Below, piece after piece: positions 52,335 to 64,000 of a stretch of 64,000 nucleotides of DNA. A program made the translations under genes and the position numbers. This DNA is from Octopus sinensis (taxonomy: Eukaryota), in assembly GCF_006345805.1 (NCBI RefSeq), contig NC_043013.1:39990001-40054000 (forward strand). The letters run 5' to 3'. The notes below the pieces were generated by a model. It saw nothing but the letters and a program-made list of their open reading frames with translations. It ran no database searches and was not told where the DNA came from. Within the stretch, counting starts at the first letter, position 1. Every line of letters starts with the position of its first letter.

Positions 52335-52998
52335 AGGCGGTAAGCTGGCAGAGTCGTTAGCGCGCGGGGCAATGAAACTAAGTGGTATTTCGTCCGTCCT
52401 TATGTTTTGAGTTCAAATTCCGACGAAGCCGACTTAACCTTTCATTCATAAGTACTAATCGAGCACTGGTATCGATCTAATCGACTATCCCGCTTCAACA
52501 GAATTTCAGGCCTTGTGCCTTTACAAGAAAGGATTACTAGAAGGCGGCGAGCTGGCAGAAACATTAGCACACCGGGCGAAATGCTTGAGCTGGCAGAAAC
52601 GTTAGCACGCCGGACGAAATGCGTAGCCGTATTTCGTCTGCCGTTACGTTCTGAGTTCAAATTCCACGCTTGTCGACTTTGCCTTTCATCCTTTCGGGGT
52701 CGATAAATTAAGTACCAGTTACGCACTGGGGTCGATATAGTCGACTTAATCCGTGTGTCTGTCCTTGTTTTTCCTCTCTGTGTTTAGCCCCTTGTGGGTA
52801 GTAAAGAAATAGGTATTTTGCCTGCCACTAGTTCAAATTCCGCCGAGGTCGACTTTGCCTTTCATCCTTTCGGGATCGATTAAATAAGTACCAATTACGC
52901 ACTGGGGTCGATATAATCGACTTAATCCGTTTGTCTGTCTTTGTTTGTCCTCTCTGTGTGTAGCCCCTTGTGGGCAGTAAAGAAATAAGAAAGGATTA
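52335..52998 (+). mobile_element. Triple-nested SINE family A cluster
   Basis: ATT-tail copy 52335-52536; Tx1-tail copy 52541-52987 with TSD AAGAAAGGATTA (52525-52536 / 52987-52998); third copy 52587-52811 inside its head. Confidence 0.9.
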
Positions 52999-53285
52999 TC
53001 ATCATTATTTGATGAAAACTCTCAGCTTATTTTGTTAGGTTTAATGGAAAGTGTCAGCTGCTCACAGCCATCAGATTAAGGGTGACATTTGTTTACTGAT
53101 CATGCTTCAAGAACCTTGCAGAAGGCTATTGCAGTTACAAGCAATGATGATTTTTTTGGGGGGTGTTCTATCTTTACATTTGTACCAATCTATTTGAGTC
53201 ATATCGGTAGTTGAGTGCTGATACTTACAAGCGCGCCTATTCCCTGTTGGTGTCACGTCCACTCTCTTCATTGCCCACAACCTGT

Positions 53286-53286
<1 letters not shown>

Positions 53287-53355
<69 letters not shown>

Positions 53356-53575
53356 CATTATTTTGGGTTGGCTCAGGTTCGTTCTTATTCTTGGTAGGAA
53401 TTATGTGGATAGCGGGTTACTACTTGTAACCTGAGGTATCCACAAGTTTTCAGCAGTCTTTCAAGTGCTTACAACCCTCCTACTGTCCCTAAGAGACAAA
53501 CTTTCTGTAGGAGCTCTACCGGGCGTTCTATTTCGATCTCCTATATCTTGGCTTACTGTTCTCAACACATCAATT
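53287..53575 (-). mobile_element. R4/Dong-like 3' end with (TAA)n
   Basis: Minus strand VELLQKVCLLGT, short UTR, then ~75 bp (TAA)n. Confidence 0.6.
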
Positions 53576-53589
53576 ATGAGGTCGTCATG

Positions 53590-54765
53590 TATGAAATTTG
53601 TAGAAAAGTAGAAAAGAAAAAAAAGTTTGCTAATGTTTTATGAATATAAGGAATAGTTTTATTCATCAAAGTATGCACCCATATTGTCAATACACTTTTG
53701 CCATTTCTTTGGTAGCTATAAAAGCCTGACAATCTAGAGTCAATAAAATCTTGGAGACCTGTTTAACAGCATCGTCGGGATCAAATTTTTTTCCTATCAA
53801 AATGTTATCCAAATTCTGGAAGAAGTGGTAGACAGTGGAGGCAAGATCAGGTGAGTATGGTGGATGATGGAGAACTTCCAACTCCAACTTCTGTAGTTTC
53901 ACCTATGTCATTTTTGCGATGTGTGGTCTGGCGTTGTCATGCAATAAAATAGCAGTGGATCTGTTGACTAATCTAGGCTGGTTTGTTTTTCGTTTTTTTT
54001 TTTGTAAGTTTCTGTATCATTTGGTCCTGTTGGCTGCAGTGTACTTCGGCCGTGATTGATGAGCCAGGTTTAATGAAATCATAATGGATCACACCTGCAC
54101 CAGACGACCAAGCACACACCATCAGCTTCTTTTGATGAACTTTGGGACAGTGTTTTGGTGGCTTGTCTTTGTCCAACCATTGTGATGGACGTTTACGGTT
54201 GCTGTATTGGATCCATTTCTCTTCACGTTACAATTCGATTAAAAATTATTCACTTTTGTGACAAGAAAGCAGGCTTCCAAACGTTGCTGTTTCTAATTTT
54301 CAGTGAGTTCATGTGGAACCCACTAATCCAACTTTGTCACTTTATCGATTTGAACTAGGTGAGCCAATATTATTTGCTTGCTAACACCAAACAACAACCA
54401 TGATCCACGGGCACTTTGAGGTGGATCTGAACTCGACGGTGGCTTTCAGTTCGTTATTATGCACTTTTGTTTCTGGTCGACAGCGTTGTTCATTTGTAAG
54501 GTCAAAGTCACCAGAACGGAATTTTGCAAACCAATTTCATACTGTGATACAGTATTTCCAAGAAAGAACTCATATTTCAAAACTGTACCAATTTCCGACT
54601 TATCCAACTCTAAACAAAAATAACAAAAAACGATTTATAAATACTTCATAAGGCGCAAAATGAGTTAGAATAAAGAAATTGGTGTGTCAGTTTTCTAAGA
54701 AAAAATGAAGATTGTCAAAATATAATAATGGCGCAAAATGAGCAGCTGTCAAAGTTTATTGTCAC
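53590..54765 (-). pseudogene. mariner (DD34D) transposase remnant
   Basis: HQKKLMVCAWS..GVIHYDFIKPGSSITAE; LLHDNARPHIA; EVLHHPPYSPDLAS..YHFFQNL. Confidence 0.88.
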
Positions 54766-54792
54766 ATGCTGTCATACACACACATACACACA

Positions 54793-54830
<38 letters not shown>

Positions 54831-54993
54831 ACTCTCTTGTTGGAAAACTGAAATGATCAACACACATTCCACATCTTGATATTTTTTCTGAACCAAATTT
54901 TGATTTGAATTTTACTTCACCCGAAAAAACAGTTCTCTTTTTAGGATTTAATCGATTTATTCAACTTTAAAAAAACACCTCTGACACAGATGT

Positions 54994-55283
54994 TGTTTGT
55001 TCCTTATCAAGCTATGCCTGGCTCATAAGGGCCCGTTTCCCGGTTTCCTTGGCCGGTCCGTCGCAGGTGAGCTGCAAGAGTGAATGCAGGTGAGCTGCAG
55101 GAGGAAAGAGTGAGAGAAAGTTGTGGCGAAAGAGTCAGCATAAGTTCGCCATTACCTTCTGCCGGAGCCGCGAGGAGCTTAGATGTTTTCGCTCATGAAC
55201 ACACACATCGCCGGTCCAAGATTGGAACCCGTGATCCCTCGACCGCGAGTCCACTGCTCTAACCACTAGGCCATGTGCCTCCA
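54994..55283 (-). mobile_element. SINE with C2-like head and a different tail, 13-bp TSD
   Basis: CTGACACAGATGT at 54981-54993 and 55284-55296. Confidence 0.85.
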
Positions 55284-55374
55284 CTGACACAGATGTAGTG
55301 AACCTCAAACAATTTGTCTTCTCTCTTTATATGTATGTTTACATATATATGTACGTTAATACATCCCTCTCCCC

Positions 55375-55419
<45 letters not shown>

Positions 55420-55422
<3 letters not shown>

Positions 55423-55752
55423 CCGGGACCCCCTTCGGTCACGACACTGACCATGGGATTGCACCTAGAAAGTTACCCTCCTAGTCACAAGTCTGGGCAT
55501 GGTTGTTTATGGAAGACCAGCAGTCGCCCATGCATACCGGCCTCCCCTCTCCACGCCACCAGTGTTATCCAAGGGAAAGGCAAAGGTCGATACAGCTTGG
55601 CACTCGTGACGTCGCAACTCATTTCTACAGCTGAGTGAACTGGAGCAACGTGAAATAAAGTGTCTTGTTCAAGAACACAACACGCAGCCCGGTCCGGGAT
55701 TCGAGCTCACAACCTCACGATCGTAAGCTCGACGCTCTAACCACTGAGCCAT
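55420..55752 (-). mobile_element. SINE with C1-like head/core and a different body
   Basis: GGCTCAGTGGTTAGAGCG..GTGTTCTTGAACAAGACACTTT core, then a distinct body ending GTCGTGACCGAAGGGG. Confidence 0.8.
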
Positions 55753-56359
55753 ATATATATATGCACGTGCACACATACATGTATAAGTCATCTATACACA
55801 CACACACACACATGAGTGTGTGTCTGTGTTTACACCCTAATCATTGCCTGATTTTTCATTTAACAACTTCATTTCCAAATGATATTTCATTGAATAATGT
55901 CGAAATAAATTTTCGTAGAATAATTTTTAATATAAAACAAAAGGATAAATTTTCACTCGAAATCTAATTTATAAATAAAAGGAAAAAACAATAGCAGGAC
56001 TTTATAAATTTATACCTGCACGAGTTTCATTAGCATTAAGCTACAGATGCATTATAATTAATTATGCTGTCATAATACTAGCATATTATTTAATTGTCTG
56101 TTCACTGCATAGCAATATCAACAATCGCAGATCACATGACTATTGACAAAAAACATTATAAGACGGAATAATATATTTATAGTGTTGCATGAAAAATTGT
56201 TCCGATGAAATGCCGTCTCCATTATAGGTTGCTTTGATGAAATGCTGTCGATGGTAGTATGTGCGCGTAGGTGCGTGTGTGTGTGTGTGCATATATAAGT
56301 ATGTATGTATGTATATATATATATAATGTATGTATGTATGTATTGTATTTCTTTATCAT

Positions 56360-56560
56360 TTTTACTTCTTTCAGTCATTTGACTGCGGACCATGCCAGAG
56401 CATCGCATTTAATCGAACAAATAGGCCCCAGGACTTATTCTGTGTAAGCCTGGTACTTATTATATCGGTTTCGTTTTGCCGAACACCTAAGTTACGGGGG
56501 GAGGAACACGCCAACATCGGTTGTCAAGTATGGTGGGGGGACAAACACAGAAACGCAAAC

Positions 56561-56610
<50 letters not shown>

Positions 56611-56740
56611 ACAACGGACTTCATTCAGTTTTCGTCTGCCAAATTCACTCGCAAGGCCTTGGTAGAAAACACTTGCCAAGATGCCACGCAGTGGGACTGA
56701 ACCCGGAACCATGTAGTTGGTAACAAGCTATTTACCACAT
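56360..56740 (-). mobile_element. SINE family B
   Basis: Match to 2254-2710. Confidence 0.8.
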
Positions 56741-56847
56741 ATGCATATATTTATGCGCACACACAAACACACATAAACACACACGCACAAGCACGCACAC
56801 ACGCGCGTGTGCATATAGATATAGATATATGCACACACGCGCGTGTG

Positions 56848-56907
<60 letters not shown>

Positions 56908-57324
56908 GCAAACACGCACGTGTGTACATATATATATATACACACACACACAAACTCATACATACATACACTCACACACATACACACACACACACATACA
57001 CTCACACACATACACACGCACAAACAATCCTCTCCTTCCACATAGGATTCGTTCCGGAAAACGACGCACGAAAACTGAGTTTCTAAATCTCAAATAATTG
57101 AATTATATATATCAAGTGCTTCCGTTTCTCTGTAAGTTGCACTATCACTCTACAAGATTCTGACATATTCAATATAAGGAGAACCATCTCCACTCCTTTT
57201 ATCAATTTCTCTGTCATCTGCTGCGTGTATACAATCATTTGCAATGATAAAATATAGGGATTCACCTCGGCTCCATGCAGATGGAGGGAAACATAACTTG
57301 ATCAAACTTAATTAGTAAACAATA

Positions 57325-57750
57325 GGCGTAAACATGGCTGTGTGATAAGAAGCTTGCTTTCTAACCACATGGTACCGGGTTGGTCCTACTATGTGACACC
57401 TTGAGCAAGTAGCTTCTACTTATAGGCTCGGGCCGACCAAAGGCTTTGTTAGTGATTTTGATAGATAGAAATTGAAAAAAGCTTGTCGTATGTGTATGTG
57501 TGTGTGTGTGCTTGTGTATGTGTGTGTGCATGTGTGTGCGCGCGTGTGTCTGTTTGTCTTTGTGCCTGTGTTTGTCCTCCCACCACCACTTGACAACCAG
57601 TGCTGGTGTGTTTACGTCCTCGTGACTTAGCCGTTCGGCAAAAGTACCATACTTAAAAAGTATAAGTCCTAAGATCGATACATTCGACTAAAAATTCTTG
57701 AAGGCGGTGCACCAGCATGGCCGCAGTCTAGTGACTGAAACAAGTTTAAA
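57325..57750 (+). mobile_element. SINE family B (a degenerate head follows at ~57800-57935)
   Basis: Match to 1658-2050. Confidence 0.8.
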
Positions 57751-58055
57751 AATTACAACGAAAAAGGATAATAATATATTAATAAACTTACGTGCAGAAG
57801 GGGTGTGTGCTTAAGAAGCACGGTTGGTAACCACGTGGGTTTGAGTTTAGTTCCACTGCGCGGGATCTGCGGCATGTGTCCTCCACTATAACCCCGGGCT
57901 GACCAATGCCTTATCAGTGAATTTTGTAGAAACTTGTCTTGTGTGTGTGTGTATACATACACACATACATATATACACACATGCATGCACGCATACATGT
58001 TTGGCCACTAAATCTACAAGACTTGTTTTCATTCTCTGTTTATTTTCTCTTATTC

Positions 58056-58091
58056 CTTTCTGTTGAAGAGCGTTGGCTCGAAACGTAAAAG
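58056..58091 (+). ncRNA. Candidate minimal type-I hammerhead with variant core (CUGUUGA)
   Basis: CUUU-CUGUUGA-a-GAGC(guug)GCUC-GAAA-CG-UA-AAAG; palindromic ACGU stem III. Confidence 0.45.
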
Positions 58092-58309
58092 ACGTTTTCA
58101 TTATCTCGAGCGTCAAACTAATACACCTGTTTGTTGCTCATATACCTGACTTCGTTTTTGCTTTTCTATAAACTTCAACTATATATATTTAATTATATAA
58201 TTATATATATATAATTTTTTTACATAATTTTTTAATATAATTTTCTAAAAACTATATATATATAATATAATTATATATATATAATTTTTTTATATAATTA
58301 TATATATAT

Positions 58310-58856
58310 AATTTTTTACATGTTAGACCACTGGAGGTGAAAATTTTAGTTAATTTTCCATTTCCCTTTGATATGTTTAAGTATTATAATTTTCGATTTT
58401 AAAAGCTGGCATTTTTTATTGCCGGCGAAGGGCTGTGTCTGCGCAGTGGATTTTGAAAAATTAAGATATATAAACAGGAGGCATATAGTTTGATTGCCTC
58501 GTTGTTTATATATTTAACCCAAGGTGTACCTGTTGAGGAAGATTTCACTTCGTGAGCAAATATTATTTATTTGCTTGCTAAACTAAAATCAGAAACCAAT
58601 TGGTCCAGGAAACTTGTTGGTAAAATGTTTTTATTTTTTCATTTCGTTCCTGTCGAATTTTATCTTTAATTTTTGTGGTTATGGAACCTAACTGTTCTTT
58701 CTAACGTGTTGAATTCCACGAGTGGATTCCTTATGTGCTTAAATGTACGCTATATATTATGACTAATTCATAGTCTTTGGGGACTAAATTTTTTACACGT
58801 TAGGCCACTGGACGTGAAAATTTTAATTAATTTTCCATTTCCCTTTGATATGTTTA
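58310..58856 (+). mobile_element. Terminally redundant 477-bp unit between (TA)n tracts (retrozyme or Penelope pLTR-like)
   Basis: ~69-bp direct repeat at 58310-58379 and 58787-58856; internal hammerhead fold. Confidence 0.6.
58529..58609 (+). ncRNA. Candidate type-I hammerhead ribozyme (C3>U in this copy)
   Basis: CCUG-UUGAGGA-long stem II-GAAA-CCAAUUGG-UC-CAGG. Confidence 0.6.
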
Positions 58857-58861
58857 TATAT

Positions 58862-58908
<47 letters not shown>

Positions 58909-59504
58909 CCCTTTCCACCAACCATATATTGTCGATTCCGCCATCTTGTACAAGAGACTCTAGTAATGAAATTTTTTTAAATCGTGTATTAAATTTATGT
59001 ATGTAAACTCTTCCGGCAACCTGGCGTTATTGACTCCATCACTTCCTCCCAAGAGACACTAATTTTTTTATTGAAAACATTCCAGATATTTCTATCCAAT
59101 GCACATTCTCTTAGGCTAAGTCTGTCACACGCTATTTAACAGCTTTCCTCGTGTAATTTCTCTTGACGGTTGATATTCCCGCTTCATCCATTGGCTGAAT
59201 TCCATTTGCGTTAAAGGCAATGACTTCTTTAATTTCACGATAAACTTCCTTCATGGTGTCTAGCAGCATTATCTAGAAGAATCTTTGCCTTAAATCTTAA
59301 AGACTATTATGATGATATTGTGGTGTCCTGGCGTCGATTTCTTTACAATCATAAATGAACAGAAAATCGTTTACAGGAATATTGGATTTGAATCTACAGA
59401 GATAATATTCTGCGAAAGTAAATGCTTTTCCGTTTATTAAATTTCATAAATAAACTATTCTAGAGTTGTCTATTTTTGGAAAAACTGAAATATATAAAGC
59501 AAGA

Positions 59505-59665
59505 AAAGGTGGCAATTTAGTAGAACCATTAGAGTTGCGGGGAAAATACCCTGAGAAATTTCTTCTCCCTTTCTACATTTTGAGTTCAAATCTTCCAAGG
59601 TCGATATCAAGTAGAGGGGTCGAGCAAATTGACTGTCTTGTTCTCAAAATTGCTGGCCCTGTGTC
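59505..59665 (+). mobile_element. Degenerate SINE family A
   Basis: GAGTTCAAATC B-box, AAAATTGCTGGCCCTGTG tail. Confidence 0.55.
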
Positions 59666-60287
59666 TAGAACAGGAGGATACACGTGGGTGGAATTAGTCC
59701 ATTCTGTCAGAATGGACTAATTCTGAATGGACTGAATACAACAGGAGGATAAACGTGGATGGAAGAGCCGCTGAAGAGGTCACAGATGTATGGCGAAAGA
59801 TTTCCAGACAATGGACATAAGATGAAATAAGAACGATAATAAACGAGTGAAGAACAAATATACAGTGCGTGTGTTCATTTAGCAACAACAACAAAATGAC
59901 CGTCCCGAAATATAACAATATGTGATTCAACACTCGATTTCACATCAGGAATCTCGCAACACAAAATTCATAAACGTCAATCCAGGAATCCTTACACAGC
60001 AATAATATAGAATATTTTAGCAGCTAGGTTGTAATACACAGCAAGAATCTGAATTACAATTAAGTGGATACAAGATATAAATTTGGAAAGCTCACAGGTG
60101 AAATGAAAGATGAAAGTTTGATGGAGTATCATGTGCAGAGAGCTTAGCTTCATGTATAGTCATGATTCCACCTGCATGGAAACATAACTTCAGACACCCA
60201 CATATATACACACGCACGTGCAAGCACATATGCTTTTAAGGTTGAATCTTGAAGAAAGAAGTAAGAAAGAAAGAAGGAAAGAAAGAC

Positions 60288-60342
<55 letters not shown>

Positions 60343-60417
60343 GAAAGAAAGAAGAAAAGAGAAAGAATGAAAGAAATAGACCAGCTGCTCATATGATTTC
60401 ATACACATATATACACC

Positions 60418-60481
<64 letters not shown>

Positions 60482-60650
60482 TGCATATATATAAGTGCAA
60501 ACATAAGTACATACATCCAGACACATATACATATACATATACATGTGTGTCTATGTATATATAATATATAGGTATATATACATATGATATATATATATAC
60601 ATATATACATGATATATGTGATGTATGTATACATACATAAATATACATAT

Positions 60651-60723
<73 letters not shown>

Positions 60724-61184
60724 AATATATATATATATCTGTATATACATATGCATTATATGTGTGTGTATATATATATATTATTATTATTATTATTTGT
60801 TGTTATTGTTGTTGTTGCATGTATATCATTCATATACACGTGTAGTCATATACGTATGTCCGGCATACACACATACACACACACACACACACGCACACAC
60901 AGATCCAGACATTTTTCTAATATTAATTAGTTTAGCTAGTGTTAATTTAGATATAATTAAACTAAATTTATACCCTCATCTTCGGGACATATGAAACCAA
61001 TCATCATTAGCGACAAAAGCAACTACAACGGCAACAACAACAACAACAACAACAGCTATAACAATGACACTGTAAACAACGACAACAATACTAACTACAC
61101 TAACAACAACAACACAATCAACAGCAGCAAAAACTACCAACAACAACAACAAAAGCAACACCAACGACAGCAACAAAACCAACT

Positions 61185-62125
61185 TATCTATCAATCTATC
61201 AATTTATCTATCAATCTAATCTAGCTATCTATCAATCTAATCTATCTACCTATCTGTCAATCTATCTATCTATCAATTCTAATCTATCTACCAATCTGTC
61301 AATCTAATCTATCTATCTATCTACCTATCTATCAATCTGTCTATCTATCTATCTATCTATTTACCTATTTGTCAATCTAATCTATCTATCTATCTACCTA
61401 TCTGTTAATCTAATCTATCTATCTATCTACCTACCCATCAGTCTAATCTATCTATCTATCTACCTATCTATCAATCTGTCTATCTATCTATCTATCTACC
61501 TATCTGTCAATCTAATCTATCTATCTATCTACCTATCTGTCAATCTAATCTATCTATTTATCTACCTATCTATCAGTCTAATCTATCTATCTATCTACCT
61601 ATCTGTCAATCTATCTATCTATCAATTCTAATCTATCTACCAATCTGTCAATCTAATCTATCTATCTATCTACCTATCTATCAATCTGTCTATCTATCTA
61701 TCTATCTATTTACCTATTTGTCAATCTAATCTATCTATCTATCTACCTATCTGTTAATCTAATCTATCTATCTATCTACCTACCCATCAGTCTAATCTAT
61801 CTATCTATCTACCTAACTATCAATCTGTATCTCTATCTATCAATCTAATCTATCTATCTATCTACCTATCTATCAATCTGTCTATCTATCTATCTATCTA
61901 CCTATCTGTCAATCTAATCTATCTATCTATCTACCTATCTGTCAATCTAATCTATCTATTTATCTACCTATCTATCAGTCTAATCTATCTATCTATCTAC
62001 CTATCTATCAATCTGTCTATCTATCTATCAATCTAATCCAATCTATTTATCTACCTATCTGTCAATCTAATCTATCTATCCACCTATCTATCAATCTAAT
62101 CTATCTATCTATCTATCCATCTATA
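61185..62125. repeat. Complex (TATC)-derived satellite with a 349-bp higher-order duplication
   Basis: CAATTCT at 61274 and 61623; CTACCCATCAG at 61431 and 61780. Confidence 0.9.
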
Positions 62126-62244
62126 TATCAACTCTGATTCCCATGGATAAGGTTGATTACCTTTCTCCTCTCCTTTCTCTTCGTCTCCATCTCCTCCTCT
62201 CTCTCTGTCTCTCTCCCTCTCTCCACGCCCACACACACACCCAC

Positions 62245-62300
<56 letters not shown>

Positions 62301-62953
62301 ATATATATATATATATATACATATCTGCATGTGTGTGTGTGTGTGCATTCCTGTGTTTGCCTCTGTATGTGTGTGTGTGTGTGTGTGTCACTTCTAATTC
62401 TCACTTTATTATATAATTAATTGTAAAGTAGAAAGAACTCCTGCAGTTCTAATCCTGCGGCTGATTTGAACACCGTTCTTTACACACATCTGCGAAACGC
62501 CTCCATTCCCCGCGCGCGCGCACACACACACGCACACACACACACATACATACACACGCACACGCGCACACACGCACACACGCACACACGCACACACACA
62601 CACACACATACGCACACACGCAGGTATACACATGCACGCATACGCACATATAAATATATGAACAAGAACACATATACACACATATATACACACAACCACC
62701 ACCACAAAAACCACCACTCCTACCACCACTACTATTTCTACTCCCACCATCACCAACACTACTACTAACACTAAAACTATCACTACTCCCACCACCACCA
62801 CCACCACCACAATTACTACTATTATTGCTGCTGCTGCTACTACTACTACCACTACTACTACCACTGCGACCACAACCACCATCACTACTACGACTACTAA
62901 CACTGCCACCACCACCATTACTACCACCAATTCAACTACCACCATCACTACTA

Positions 62954-62992
<39 letters not shown>

Positions 62993-63333
62993 TCGACATG
63001 GTTTGGCGAAACTGGAATAGCTGTTTTTGTTTTTGCATTTGTAATTATTCGTTAGACATGAAGGACGTAAAAGAGTGAAGAGAAAGGAAAGAAAAGATGA
63101 TAACGAGGGGTGAGGAGGATAGGAGTGACGGAGATGGTGGGAGATGGTTTTCTTGGAGATTCAGGAAGAGAGGAGGTGAAGGAGGAGGGCGGGGGAAAGA
63201 AAGACTGTGATAGTGGTTAGTGTTGTAATTATGGTGGTGATGGTGGTGGCGGCGGCGGTCGATGATGATGGTTGTGCGTGGGTGATGCTGGTGATGCTAA
63301 TGCTGCTGCCCCTACTGATGATGAGGGGGAAGC

Positions 63334-63368
<35 letters not shown>

Positions 63369-63374
63369 GTAGTT

Positions 63375-63412
<38 letters not shown>

Positions 63413-63682
63413 TACCAAAATTGAGCTCCTGGCCTCGGTGATGATAATCATTCTTCTAAATCTGCTTGGATTCCTTAGGGTTTAAGGTTAATGTTAGGGA
63501 TAATTAAAAAAAGAAATAATTTGGGAGTGCTAGAAGGTTGGGGTTAGTATTGGAAAGAGTGGAGAGGGGTGGTTAAGGTTAACGAAATTTAGACTGAACA
63601 ATATATTTGGTTATCTTAAATGTCTGGATCTCGTTTCAGCGAGATGTCTGTCTGCCAAAACTATTTTCCTCATCTTGAGTTC

Positions 63683-64000
63683 TTTCAATGGTTATTTCAA
63701 ATGTTATTTCAATGGTTATTTTAATGGTTATTTCAAATGTTATTTCAATGGTTATTTTAATGGTTATTTCAATTGTTGTTTCAATGGTTATTTCAATGGT
63801 TATTTCAAATGTTATTTCAATGGTTATTTTAATGGTTATTTCAATGGTTGTTTCAATGGTTATTTCAATGGTTATTTCAAATGTTATTTCAATGGTTATT
63901 TCAATGGTTATTTCAATGGTTGTTTCAATGGTTATTTTAATGGTTATTTCAATAGTTATCTAATGGTTATTTTAATGGCTATTTCAATGGTTATCTAATG
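63683..64000. repeat. 12-bp minisatellite (TTCAATGGTTAT)n with variant units
   Basis: About 26 units running to the window end. Confidence 0.95.

Noticed and set aside
59767-59806. CTGAAGA-GGTCA...TGGC-GAAA motif
   Set aside because: No stem I closure in register; probably chance.

Overview
Eukaryotic, AT-rich, repeat-saturated 64 kb window with no recognisable host protein-coding exon. It is intronic or intergenic DNA, and the SINE set and microsatellite load suggest an octopus/coleoid cephalopod (inference, not a database match). Almost all ORFs in the track are translations of microsatellites. Recognisable content: a near full-length, frameshifted RTE LINE (28174-32160, -); three 3' pieces of a Tx1-clade LINE, each inside (GATA)n; four R4/Dong-like pieces, most abutting (TAA)n; Tc1, mariner and maT-like (DD37D-type) transposase remnants; pogo/Tigger, hAT and foldback MITEs; about 30 tRNA-derived SINEs of at least three modular families; and several satellites. 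The most interesting signals are: (1) a SINE whose 3' tail matches the Tx1 LINE 3' end and which is joined at the same nucleotide of its own tRNA-like head at three separate loci, suggesting self-targeted insertion; (2) a (GATA)n-targeting Tx1 LINE; (3) minimal type-I hammerhead ribozyme folds, one inside a 477-bp terminally redundant unit between (TA)n tracts (retrozyme or Penelope pLTR-like). All alignments were done by eye and boundaries are approximate.
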